Assembly (NCBI GenBank): GCA_047601445.1
Contig: JASGJH010000001.1
Span: 7,040,001 to 7,104,000 of the forward strand
DNA: 64,000 bases
Reading direction: 5' to 3'
From: Myxococcales bacterium
Lineage (GTDB): Bacteria > Myxococcota_A > Polyangia > Polyangiales > DASUME01
Position 1 is the first letter of the stretch; every line of letters begins with the position of its first letter. Positions 19,706 to 28,781 of the stretch are shown one piece after another. The notes beneath the pieces were generated by a model. That model was not told where the DNA came from. It did not search any database and saw nothing but the letters and a program-made list of their open reading frames with translations. The position numbers and the translations under genes were made by a program.

Positions 19706-19991
19706 GCTTCATTCCCCTTTCGAACCGGAGCCGATCCCCGCGCTGTCGAAGGAGATTGTCGCCAAAGCCGGACAGGCTTAGCTCTGAGCCTTTTCTGATC
19801 CTTTTCTAAGGATCTCCCAAGGACCGTTGGCAATGTGCGCGCGGTGTGTATGCGCGCGTCGGTGCAGCTCGACCGGCGCCACACCGAATCGGAGAGCCAG
19901 AGTCTCAGGGGAGACGCCACGGTCAAGCGCGACGCACAAGGGGTGGAAGGCCGTGCTGGCGGAGTGGCCATCGATCAAGCTATGCCTCGCG

Positions 19992-20327
19992 ATGATCCCT
20001 CAGCTGATCAAGAAGACTGGCCAGGCCTGGAAAGTGAAGCTCGGCTTCGCGGCGTTGATCGGCGGTGATCTGGTGAGGCGCTACGGGAGCGGGCATCGTG
20101 GGCAGTTCCACCTGGTTCCCTTGGGACTGCTGCTCGGCCTCACGGGGTTGGTGTACGCCTGGCTCGCCGTGCGCGGCCACGCCTGCGGCGCTCGCTGGAT
20201 TTGGATGGCGATGAGCGAGCAGCCACTCAGAACCTGGGGAAAGTGGCTCTTCGACCTACAGGCGTGTCCACGCTGCGGCGTTGAACCTGCCATGCGCACG
20301 GGTAGCGGCTCCCGAGCCACACCTTGA
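19992..20327 (+). CDS. small membrane protein with C-terminal CPRCG
   Basis: Two hydrophobic segments; start inferred at MIPQL. Confidence 0.45.
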   Translation: MIPQLIKKTGQAWKVKLGFAALIGGDLVRRYGSGHRGQFHLVPLGLLLGLTGLVYAWLAVRGHACGARWIWMAMSEQPLRTWGKWLFDLQACPRCGVEPAMRTGSGSRATP

Positions 20328-20353
20328 GGTAGCTCCGCGCGTTCGCCCTCCAG

Positions 20354-20770
20354 CTATCCGCGCGCCACGCCCTCGGCGAGCTCGGCGTTGGTGAGCGCCT
20401 GGCCGTTGATTCCCCACGTTCCATCCACCGCGTGGACCACGCTGCACCAGATGTGCTCCTTGGGCTGGCGTCCACCCGATGCCTCATGCACGATCTGCGT
20501 GGCCTCTTCGATGTAGCCGCGCTGAATGGCGCGATCCGTGAAAGCGATGCCAGGCACCTTCCACTCGACGAAGACCACGGGGGTCTCCTCCAGACCCGAG
20601 AACGTGTCGCGTTTGGGCAGCACGTGGATCGAGCCGACCACGTTGGGGGTCATCACGCGGTTGCCGCTCAGCCCGTGCCACCTGAGCATGGCCTCGCACA
20701 ACCGAGTGAACGTCGCCTTCTCCGTTCCCGCAGGGAGAACGCCTTCTGTGACCGTGAGAGTGAGTGGCAT
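20354..20770 (-). CDS. 4-oxalocrotonate tautomerase-like protein
   Basis: N-terminal M-P (catalytic Pro1), GAGGAGG RBS, C-terminal DGTWGING. Confidence 0.8.
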   Translation of the reverse strand: MPLTLTVTEGVLPAGTEKATFTRLCEAMLRWHGLSGNRVMTPNVVGSIHVLPKRDTFSGLEETPVVFVEWKVPGIAFTDRAIQRGYIEEATQIVHEASGGRQPKEHIWCSVVHAVDGTWGINGQALTNAELAEGVARG

Positions 20771-20837
20771 GTTGGACCTCCTCTTGGCGTAAGGGTGCAC
20801 GGGGACCGGGCCATTGTGGCCCGTCCCGAATCGTCGT

Positions 20838-20906
20838 ATAACGATCGTTATCCACGATCTACATAACGACCGCTATCGTCGCAAGGAAAAACATAGCGAT
20901 CGTTAT
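20838..20906. promoter_or_regulatory. three TetR-type operators, consensus ATAACGATCGTTAT
   Basis: 20838-20851 perfect palindrome; 20863-20876 ATAACGACCGCTAT; 20893-20906 ATAGCGATCGTTAT. Confidence 0.8.
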
Positions 20907-20922
20907 TTGTGCGGGAAGTCCG

Positions 20923-21525
20923 ATGAGAGAGAGCAAAAAAAGCGAGCAAACCCGGGCGCTGATTCTGGCGGGCGCGGGCCGCACCTTTCGCAGCCATGGG
21001 TACGGCGGGGCCGGGGTCGACGGCCTGGCCAAGGCGGCGGGACTCACGTCGGGAGCCTTCTACGCCTACTTCAAGTCCAAGGCCGAGGCCTTTCGAGAGG
21101 CGGTCCGTGTGGGCATGCACGACCTCGAGCAGGCCATTCGTACGCTGCGTGCCGAGCAAGGTGAGCGCTGGGTGGAGTCCTTCGTGCGCTTTTACTTGGG
21201 CGAGCGACGGACCTGCGCGCTGACCGAGAGCTGCGCGCTCCAGAGCCTCACGCCCGAGGTGGCTCGCGCCGATCCCGAGACACGGGAGGCCTTCGAGGCC
21301 GCGCTCCGTGCCGTCATCGACGCCACCGCCGGGGGCATGGACGGGGCAACTCCGAAGCAGCGTCGCAGTCAGGCCATCGTCATGTTGGCGGCTCTCTCGG
21401 GCGGAGTTTCCCTGGCGCGTGCGGTGAACGACTCGACGCTTTCCAAAGAGATCGCGGACACCATCCAGAGCTCCCTGCTGGGTGCCCACGAAGCCAAGTC
21501 TGGGTCCAAACGCTCCAAGCGCTGA
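20923..21525 (+). CDS. TetR/AcrR family regulator
   Basis: GVDGLAKAAGLTSGAFYAYFKSK helix-turn-helix. Confidence 0.93.
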   Translation: MRESKKSEQTRALILAGAGRTFRSHGYGGAGVDGLAKAAGLTSGAFYAYFKSKAEAFREAVRVGMHDLEQAIRTLRAEQGERWVESFVRFYLGERRTCALTESCALQSLTPEVARADPETREAFEAALRAVIDATAGGMDGATPKQRRSQAIVMLAALSGGVSLARAVNDSTLSKEIADTIQSSLLGAHEAKSGSKRSKR

Positions 21526-21539
21526 GACGGAACGAGAAA

Positions 21540-21561
21540 GGGAGGGCCCGCCGGCCCTCCC
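21540..21561. terminator. GC-rich hairpin downstream of tetR
   Basis: GGGAGGGCC-CGCC-GGCCCTCCC; weak U-tract on + strand. Confidence 0.5.
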
Positions 21562-21584
21562 ACTTCGAACTTATGCCAGAGGTG

Positions 21585-21603
21585 GGGACTTGCCACAAGC
21601 CCC
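21585..21603. promoter_or_regulatory. palindrome resembling the rifamycin-associated element (RAE)
   Basis: GGGACTTGCCACAAGCCCC directly upstream of a Rox-like gene; matches the RAE consensus as I recall it. Confidence 0.6.
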
Positions 21604-21660
21604 ATATGGCGCCGTACAGTGCCCGGTCGCACAAGTTGTGACAGCAGCAAAGGGAGCAGG

Positions 21661-23154
21661 ATGCACCACGAATCCGGACGCAGCGTGATCGCGAAAGAGC
21701 ATGCGGTGGTGATCGTCGGAGGGGGGCCAACGGGCCTGATGTTGGCGGGCGAATTGGCCTTGGCTCACATCGACGTCGCCATCGTCGAGCGCCGGGCCAG
21801 TCAGGAGCTCGAAGGTTCGCGCGCAGGTGGCCTGCACGCTCGCTCCATCGAGGTGCTCGAGCAACGGGGCATCGCCGAGCGCTTCGTGTCCCAGGGACAG
21901 ACGACCCCGCTCGCGTTCGTCTCGCAGATCCCCCTCGACATCAGTGACTTGCCGACACGCCACCGCTACGTGCTCGCGCTTTGGCAGAACCGCATCGAGC
22001 AAGTCTTGGCCGACTGGGTCGCGGAGCTTGCGGTGCCGATCTACCGGGCCCAGGAGGTGAGCGGTTTCACGCAGCACGACCAAGGCGTCGAGGTGGAACT
22101 CGCGGGCGGCGGCTCGCTACACGCCGAGTATCTCGTGGGGTGTGACGGAGGTCGCAGCTCGATCCGCAAGCGAGCCGGCATCGACTTTCCGGGTTGGGAT
22201 GCGTCGACCAGCTACTTGATCGGCGAGGTCGAGCTGGCCGAGGAGCCAGCTTGGGGCGTCCGCCACGATGACAAGGGGACCTATGCGATCGGCAAGCTCG
22301 ATGACGGCAAGCGTGCGCGCGTGGTGTTGAGGGAGCCGCAGGTCCGCCAAGGCGACCAGCCCAACCTGCGCGACCTCAGCGAGGGACTCATCGCCCTCTA
22401 CGGAACGGACTACGGGCTTCAGCGCGCGACCTGGATTTCAAGGTTCACCGATGCGGCTCGGCAGGCAGCCTCGTACCGGAAAGGAAGGGTGCTCCTGGCC
22501 GGCGACGCAGCGCACGTGCATTCGCCCATGGGCGGACAGGGGCTCAACACAGGCGTCCAGGACGCCGTGAACCTGGGCTGGAAGCTCGCCCAGGTAGTCA
22601 AGGGAACATCGCCCGAGAGCCTACTCGACAGCTATCACGCAGAGCGACACCCGGTCGGAGCCCGCGTGCTTCGCACCACGATGGCGCTCACCGCGCTCAG
22701 CCGCGGGGACGCACGCACGGACGCGCTGCGCGACAGCATGGGCGAGCTGCTGAAGATGGACGAGCCGCGCAAGCGATATGCCGCGATGATCTCGGGCCTG
22801 GACGTTCACTACGATCTCGGCGCGGGACATCCGCTCGTGGGCCGCCGCATGCCCGACCTCGATCTGAGCACCGACACCGGTTCGCAGCGCGTGTTCTCGC
22901 TGCTGCACGCGGCTCGACCCGTGTGCCTCGACCTCGGCGAACCCAGCGCCCTGGACATCGCGCCATGGACGGACCGGGTTCGGCACGTGGAGGCTCGGTA
23001 CGAGGGCCCTTGGGAGCTTCCGGTCTTCGGGGGGGTGCCTGCACCGAAGGCTGTTCTGATTCGACCCGATGGACACGTGGCGTGGGTAGGCGAAGGCACG
23101 GACGCGGGTCTACGTGATGCCCTCACCATGTGGTTCGGAGCGCCGGCTGCGTAG
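21661..23154 (+). CDS. FAD-dependent monooxygenase, rifampin monooxygenase (Rox)-like
   Basis: GGGPTGL, GCDGGRS, LAGDAAHVHSPMGGQGLNTGVQDA, YDLGAGHPLVGRRMPDL, LIRPDGHVAW. Confidence 0.85.
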   Translation: MHHESGRSVIAKEHAVVIVGGGPTGLMLAGELALAHIDVAIVERRASQELEGSRAGGLHARSIEVLEQRGIAERFVSQGQTTPLAFVSQIPLDISDLPTRHRYVLALWQNRIEQVLADWVAELAVPIYRAQEVSGFTQHDQGVEVELAGGGSLHAEYLVGCDGGRSSIRKRAGIDFPGWDASTSYLIGEVELAEEPAWGVRHDDKGTYAIGKLDDGKRARVVLREPQVRQGDQPNLRDLSEGLIALYGTDYGLQRATWISRFTDAARQAASYRKGRVLLAGDAAHVHSPMGGQGLNTGVQDAVNLGWKLAQVVKGTSPESLLDSYHAERHPVGARVLRTTMALTALSRGDARTDALRDSMGELLKMDEPRKRYAAMISGLDVHYDLGAGHPLVGRRMPDLDLSTDTGSQRVFSLLHAARPVCLDLGEPSALDIAPWTDRVRHVEARYEGPWELPVFGGVPAPKAVLIRPDGHVAWVGEGTDAGLRDALTMWFGAPAA

Positions 23155-23211
23155 CGCACCCGTGGCGCTCAAACCCGTGCAATGGCCCACCCGCCCCTCG
23201 GTCAAGCCTCG

Positions 23212-24948
23212 TCAGGGCACGTGAACGATCACGTCGCTGAAGTAGCGGGACGACGAGGAGGCGTCTTTGCAGCCCGTGCCGCTGATGAGGTGGTCACCCT
23301 GGTCGAACAGAACCTGGACGTCGTGGGTGTTGGGGTAGAGCACGATGGCTTCGGGGGCCGAGTCGCTGGGCGCCGTCAAGTCCTGCACGGGCACGGGCAA
23401 CTCCGTGGCCACGCCGCTCCACTTGAAGAGGCGGAAGGCGCCACCTTCGTCCACGATGCCGCCGAGGATCAACAGGGCGTTGTGCACCGGCGACCAGGTC
23501 ATCGCGCGCACACCCAAGCCCTCGAGATCCAGCAAGGTGGCTTCGCCGAAGCTGGGCGTGGCGCCGCCCAACACAGCGTCCGCGTTCAGCAGCGAGACCA
23601 TGATGGCGTCCGCGCCGGAGTGTGGGTTGCGGAAGCCGATCACGAGCTGGTTCGGGCGCTGCGCCGTGGGGAGCCAGGCCAGGCCTTCGATGTTGGTGCC
23701 GTTGACCTTGGGAGCGAGCGAGGCCACGGTGGCCTTGCTCAGCTGGGAGCTGTTGTTGAGCAGCGAGATGATGGTGGCGTCGGGCGTAACCCAGTTGGCC
23801 GACACGAGCATGTTGTCGAGCAAGGTGCTGGTGTAGCCGGCCGAGGTGATGGTGAGGCTCGGCGCGGCGCCCGAGATGTTGAGGCCGAAGAAGCGGTAGC
23901 GCGGGCGCTCGAGGTTGCCGTTCTTGTCGCGGCCGTGGGAGGTGATGCCGTACATGCGCGAGCCCACCAGGGCGGCGTCCTCGAGGTCAGCCTCGTCGCT
24001 GCTCGACAGACCGAGCATGCTGCTGATCTCCTTGGTCTGCACGGGCGTGGCGTTGGCGCCGCGCTTGTAGATCCGCAGCGTCTGGTTCTCGTCGTTGCCG
24101 TCGAGGAAGTAGGTCGCGTCGAGACCCACCGCGAGCGAGCCGTCGCAGGTGCCCTTGTAGTTACCCGGCGTGGGATCGAGGGTGACCTCGCCGCCACCGC
24201 CGCCACCGCTCGTGGTGTCGTAGCTGACGGTGAGCTTGGGCCGCTGAGACTTGGTGCCGTACTCACTCGAGCGGAACTCGAGGCGGTTGGTGGAGCTCGG
24301 GCCCACCAGGAAGAAGCCGTGGTTGGCGCTCGGGTTCGCGACCCAGTTCTGCACGACCGCGATGCCCGCGGCGTTCAGCGTGATGGTGTAGGTGCCCGTC
24401 GAACCGGCGGAGAAGCTGCCGAGTGCGGTCGTGCCGCGGTCGAGGCTGCCCGCGCCGCCAGCGACCTGCCAGTTGGACCCGGTCGCGTACACGTTCCAGC
24501 TCGCCTTGCTCTCGTCCCAGGTCTGCTTGGCCTCGTAGAGCGTGAAGGTGTCGGAGCTCTTGTCCGAGACCACCAGCGTGATGCTCGCGGACTGAACGGT
24601 AGCGGTGGTCGGAATGCTGGCGCTCACGTCCCAGAGAAGCAGGGCATTCTTGGCGTCGTCGCCGTCCACTGAGAGGGCCGTGTCCGTGCCGTTGGTGGTG
24701 GTGGGCGCGCTCGCTTCGAGCATGGTGTCGCGGGTGCCCGTGTAGCTCGTGCTCGGCAGCTGTCCGTCCTGGAAGCTCACCGAACTCACGAGTGCATCGC
24801 TGCTCCCCTGCACGTCCATCGGCTCGCTTTCCTGCGCCTCGGACGGCGTGCCTTCGTCGGACTCTTCGACCTCCCCGCAGGCCGGCATCGACAACAGTCC
24901 CCAGGCCAGGATCAGGCGCGCGATCTCACTCGAACGTACTTGCTTCAT
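23212..24948 (-). CDS. lipoprotein with DNRLRE-like domain and DUF3616-like propeller
   Basis: PAC lipobox; DTML..SVDGD..LLLWD; EADLED, ITSHGR, NIEGL, IGFRNP. Confidence 0.75.
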   Translation of the reverse strand: MKQVRSSEIARLILAWGLLSMPACGEVEESDEGTPSEAQESEPMDVQGSSDALVSSVSFQDGQLPSTSYTGTRDTMLEASAPTTTNGTDTALSVDGDDAKNALLLWDVSASIPTTATVQSASITLVVSDKSSDTFTLYEAKQTWDESKASWNVYATGSNWQVAGGAGSLDRGTTALGSFSAGSTGTYTITLNAAGIAVVQNWVANPSANHGFFLVGPSSTNRLEFRSSEYGTKSQRPKLTVSYDTTSGGGGGGEVTLDPTPGNYKGTCDGSLAVGLDATYFLDGNDENQTLRIYKRGANATPVQTKEISSMLGLSSSDEADLEDAALVGSRMYGITSHGRDKNGNLERPRYRFFGLNISGAAPSLTITSAGYTSTLLDNMLVSANWVTPDATIISLLNNSSQLSKATVASLAPKVNGTNIEGLAWLPTAQRPNQLVIGFRNPHSGADAIMVSLLNADAVLGGATPSFGEATLLDLEGLGVRAMTWSPVHNALLILGGIVDEGGAFRLFKWSGVATELPVPVQDLTAPSDSAPEAIVLYPNTHDVQVLFDQGDHLISGTGCKDASSSSRYFSDVIVHVP

Positions 24949-25259
24949 GGATGTGGTTCCCCCTGCTCGGTCGCCAACGCGGCGCCCACGAGCGTCGGCA
25001 GAGGGTGCCCGGCGAATATCGCGGTCCGGTCACGATTGCGTGAGGTGTGCGGCTCAGAATGATCGCGTTCGCGTGGCGCCGAGACGGCAAAAACTGGGGT
25101 CGACCTCGAAATCTTCAGGTCCACGAGTGCGGGCACGCGTACGACCCGGATCGAAGAGAATACTTAAGTTTTAACTTGAACGATGGTGCCGAGCGATCCA
25201 ATACTTTAGCCTCGCCTAAACAAATGAGGGGCCCTGAGCGCCCCCGGAAAGGACCGCCC

Positions 25260-25700
25260 ATGTCTGCCTTCAGCCAAGCCTCACTCCCCTCGCCCCGGCC
25301 CCTCGCGGCCCGCCTGCTCTACTGGGTGCCCACCTGCATGATCGTCATGGTGATGTTCAGTGGCGGCCTGATGGATGCCCTGCAGACCCCGCAAGCCATG
25401 GAGGTCTTCCGGCTGCTGGGTTATCCGGCCTATTTCGCCGTGCTGCTCGGCGTGGCCAAGGTTCTGGGCTCGCTGGCGCTGGTGGCCCCGGTGCCGCCCA
25501 CCGTGCGCGAGTGGGCCTACGCCGGGCTCACGTTCGACGTCTTGAGCGCCATCGTGTCTTGTCTGGCGGTGGGCAAATCGGCGGCAGAGCTGGGGTTTCC
25601 CTTCCTCGCCCTGGCCCTGCTCCTCACCAGCTACCTGACGTGGCGCCGGCGTAGCTTTCACGCCGCTTTCGCTCGTTCAAATACTTTAGTCATGGCTTGA
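25260..25700 (+). CDS. DoxX-like membrane protein
   Basis: LGYPAYF..LGVAKVLG..REWAYAG. Confidence 0.85.
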   Translation: MSAFSQASLPSPRPLAARLLYWVPTCMIVMVMFSGGLMDALQTPQAMEVFRLLGYPAYFAVLLGVAKVLGSLALVAPVPPTVREWAYAGLTFDVLSAIVSCLAVGKSAAELGFPFLALALLLTSYLTWRRRSFHAAFARSNTLVMA

Positions 25701-25716
25701 CCAAGTGCAGGCCGTC

Positions 25717-26094
25717 ATGCAGCCTGAAGTCATGAGGCAGACCGTCGTCGACCAAGTGTTCACCGCCCTGGGCGACCCCACCCGTCGCGCCATCGTGGAG
25801 CGGCTCGTTCAGGGCCCCACCTCGGTGAGCGACCTGGCCAAGCCGTTCGGCATCAGCTTGGCCGCTGTGATGCAGCACCTGCAGGTCCTCGAGCAGAGCG
25901 GGCTCGCACGTAGCCAGAAGATCGGGCGTGTGCGCACCTGCTCCATCGAGACGGCAGGCCTGCGGCTCGCCGAGCAGTGGCTCGAGCAACGCCGCAGCCT
26001 GTGGGAGCGCCGCTTCGACCGCCTGGAGGCTTTGCTCGACGAAGAAGACGACGAGCCCCCGAGTTCCCCCACCAGCAAGAGGAAAAAGTCATGA
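25717..26094 (+). CDS. ArsR/SmtB family regulator
   Basis: VFTALGDPTRRAIV..QHLQVLE..KIGRVR; start uncertain (25705/25717/25732). Confidence 0.9.
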   Translation: MQPEVMRQTVVDQVFTALGDPTRRAIVERLVQGPTSVSDLAKPFGISLAAVMQHLQVLEQSGLARSQKIGRVRTCSIETAGLRLAEQWLEQRRSLWERRFDRLEALLDEEDDEPPSSPTSKRKKS

Positions 26095-26555
26095 GCGAAA
26101 ATTCCGTGGTGCATGGCACCTTCACGATCGAACGTACCTACAAGCACACCCCCGCCAAGGTGTTCGCGGCTTTTCACGATCCCAGGAAGAAGCGGCGTTG
26201 GTTCGCCGAGGGCGAGGGCTGGGAGGTGGAGGAGTTCAAGGTGGACTTCCGCGTGAACGGTTTCGAGACGAGCCGCTTCCGCTTCAAGGGCGGCCCCGAG
26301 ATGACCAACCACACGCTGTTCACGGACATCGTGCCCGATCGCCGCATCATCGTTTGCTACACCATGGCCGTGGCGGGCAAGCGCATCTCGAGCTCGCTCG
26401 GGACCACGCAGTTCATCCCCGTGGGATCGGGGACGAAGGTGATTTACACCGAGCAGGTCGTGTTCCTCGACGGCGCGGACGCGACCAAGGATCGCGAGGC
26501 GGGCAGTCGTGAGCTGTTCGAGGCGCTCGAGCGCGAGCTCAACCGCGAGGATTGA
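26091..26555 (+). CDS. SRPBCC/AHSA1-like ligand-binding protein
   Basis: HGTFTIERTY..VFAAF..KRRWF; ATGA overlap with arsR. Confidence 0.88.
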   Translation: MSENSVVHGTFTIERTYKHTPAKVFAAFHDPRKKRRWFAEGEGWEVEEFKVDFRVNGFETSRFRFKGGPEMTNHTLFTDIVPDRRIIVCYTMAVAGKRISSSLGTTQFIPVGSGTKVIYTEQVVFLDGADATKDREAGSRELFEALERELNRED

Positions 26556-26558
26556 GCG

Positions 26559-27104
26559 CTACGCGAAGCGATGCAACACCGTGTAGCGCGTGCTGCGAGT
26601 CTCGCCGCTCGGCAAGGCGGCCGTGATTTCGAATACGGTGTTCGGGGGGAAGGAGGCGTAGTGCTTCTGGCAAGCCACCAACACCTCGCCTCGCGCGCGG
26701 TCGAACGGCGCATCGTGGACCTCGGTCAGCAGGTTGCCGCTCGCCTCGTCGTGGACGCTGAAGTCGACCTTGACGACGTCGGAGAGCTCGAGCCCCTGCA
26801 GTCGGTGGAGGAGGATGTCCACGTGGCGCGGGAACGTAACCTCGCGTCGCTCGCCCGGCGACATCGGGTTGTCCTCGATGCAGAGACCGCGCGCGTGCAG
26901 GGTGTCGAGCAGCGCGGGTGCGAGCACCGGAGGCAACAACTCGCGTAGTGATTGCGCGAGCTGGGCCACGCGGGCCGAGTGCTCGCTGCAGCGAACGCAG
27001 GCCATCAAATGCTCGTCCACGCGCTCGGTCTCGGCTTCGGAGAGGTCAGCGCTCCAGTAAGCAACCAAGGTCTCCCAGGCGAGTGGGGTACTACACGGAC
27101 TCAT
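26559..27104 (-). CDS. zinc-finger anti-sigma factor-like protein
   Basis: HLMACVRC (HxxxCxxC); coupled to the ECF sigma gene. Confidence 0.75.
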   Translation of the reverse strand: MSPCSTPLAWETLVAYWSADLSEAETERVDEHLMACVRCSEHSARVAQLAQSLRELLPPVLAPALLDTLHARGLCIEDNPMSPGERREVTFPRHVDILLHRLQGLELSDVVKVDFSVHDEASGNLLTEVHDAPFDRARGEVLVACQKHYASFPPNTVFEITAALPSGETRSTRYTVLHRFA

Positions 27105-27751
27105 GCGTTCTCCCGGGGAGCGCGCGACGGCGGACCGAAGGCCGTGCCGCCATCCAGGCACTGACGCAGGGCATGGAGCGCTCGATGGCGAAGCACGCGC
27201 ACATTGCCGGCGCTGAGGGTCAGCGTGGTCGCGATCTCCTCGGCGGAGCGTTCTTCCTGAAAGGACAGCATCACCACCTGACGTGCGCGAAGCTCGAGGG
27301 CCGCGAGGCAGCGCATCAGGGCGGCGGTGTCCAACATGGCGAACGGCTTCACGACCAACTCCTCGGGTAGGTTCCCACCAGCGAAGCCCGCGTGCCCACG
27401 GGCGTAGCCGGCGTCATCGTCGCTCAGGAGGCCGGGTTGCTCGCGCTGGGCGCGGGCGCGCATGCGCTGCGCGGTGAGGCGACAGGTGCCGAGCACGAAG
27501 CGCTCGAGCTTGTCGTGTTGCTCGATGCTGCCGCGGCGGGCGGCTTCCAGCACGCGCAGGAGCACGAGCTGCACCAGGTCCTCTGCCAGGCCGCGCTCGC
27601 GCAGGTGCTTGAGGCCATAGAGCCGAATCCGCGTCGCATAGCGCGCACAGAGCTCGGCCTCGGCCGCGCGCGCGGCGGCAGCGTGTCCCGTGTCCCGCGC
27701 GCCGATGTGGCGCACGAGCTCCTCGTCTGCCAAGGCCTCCGAGCCCATCAC
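27101..27751 (-). CDS. ECF-type RNA polymerase sigma factor
   Basis: AEDLVQ region 2; EEIA..LSAGNVRVLRHRAL region 4. Confidence 0.88.
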   Translation of the reverse strand: MMGSEALADEELVRHIGARDTGHAAAARAAEAELCARYATRIRLYGLKHLRERGLAEDLVQLVLLRVLEAARRGSIEQHDKLERFVLGTCRLTAQRMRARAQREQPGLLSDDDAGYARGHAGFAGGNLPEELVVKPFAMLDTAALMRCLAALELRARQVVMLSFQEERSAEEIATTLTLSAGNVRVLRHRALHALRQCLDGGTAFGPPSRAPRENA

Positions 27752-27797
27752 CTCGCAACGCTAGCACGCTTGCCCTCGTCAGCCTTCACGGGAGCGT

Positions 27798-28535
27798 TCA
27801 GACCCTGAGGGCCCCGGCCAACTCCCGCAGCAGCCGCTGGCCATTGCCGCGGTAGCTGCTGCCGTGCATCAGGGCCAGCGTCGTGGGGTTGGTGGTCGCG
27901 AGCTTCTCGAGGAGCGACTGGGTGTGGCTTCCGAGGACCACGGAGTCAGGCATGGCGCGCCGCATGGCCTCGGCCGGGGCCAGCACGTCCGCCTCGGTGA
28001 GCGCGGGCAGCTCGGCGCCCGCGTGGGTGAACAGGTCGCCGCACAGGAGCGTGCGCTCCGTGGTCTCGAACAGGTAGCCACACTCCCAGTTGTGGGGAAG
28101 GTGCGGCGCGTCGAGCCAGCGCACCTTGCGGCGTCCGAGCGAGAGTTCGGCGCCGTCGGCGAGCCCGAGTGCGGGACGGTCGGCCAGGTCGTTGACCGAC
28201 ACCATGGCGGCGATTTGACTGCAGACGGCTTCGGCGCGGGGCGCGGCACGCAGCCAGTCGTTGAGCGAGCCGCACTCGTCGGCCTCCACGTGGGAGAAGC
28301 CCACGTAGCGCAGCTTCTCCACGTCACCGAGCACATGCACCACCGCCTCGCGGACCAGTGGGAACATGCGGCGCGGGCCGGTGTGGAAGAGGAGGGGGGC
28401 GTCGTCGACCAGCAGGAACTGGTTGAACGTAAAGCCCCCGGGCATGACCGAGGGCGGCACCGGGGTGCTGATCCGGTAGAGATCGGGCGCGATTTCTTGA
28501 ACGTTGGTGCCTGTGTTCGGGTTCGTGATGGTCAT
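27798..28535 (-). CDS. metallo-beta-lactamase-fold (FprA/ODP-like) protein
   Basis: SHVEADECG, PHLPHNWE, CGDLF, MHG. Confidence 0.85.
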   Translation of the reverse strand: MTITNPNTGTNVQEIAPDLYRISTPVPPSVMPGGFTFNQFLLVDDAPLLFHTGPRRMFPLVREAVVHVLGDVEKLRYVGFSHVEADECGSLNDWLRAAPRAEAVCSQIAAMVSVNDLADRPALGLADGAELSLGRRKVRWLDAPHLPHNWECGYLFETTERTLLCGDLFTHAGAELPALTEADVLAPAEAMRRAMPDSVVLGSHTQSLLEKLATTNPTTLALMHGSSYRGNGQRLLRELAGALRV

Positions 28536-28781
28536 GCGGTGGCTCTCCTCATCAGAGTCGTGCAGGGACCGAGCCGGTTGTTACAGCGCCTGGTCTCTTT
28601 TTCCCAGGACGAGGATCTTGCCGTGACGGCAAGCACCGGGTCGCTCCCAGCGGGGCACTTGTCCCGCGCGCACCCACGTGTGGCCACGGCGCCCGAGACC
28701 CAGCTGAACTAGCGAATTTGCGCTGCAAAAAGGGCTGATTGGGGCTGAACCTGCTCGCGGAGGTCCCGGTACGAACGGCCC

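Noticed and set aside
28740..28755. sigma54-like TGGGGCTGAACCTGCT before the GH5 gene
   Set aside because: Spacing is right but the match to TGGCAC/TTGC is weak in GC-rich DNA
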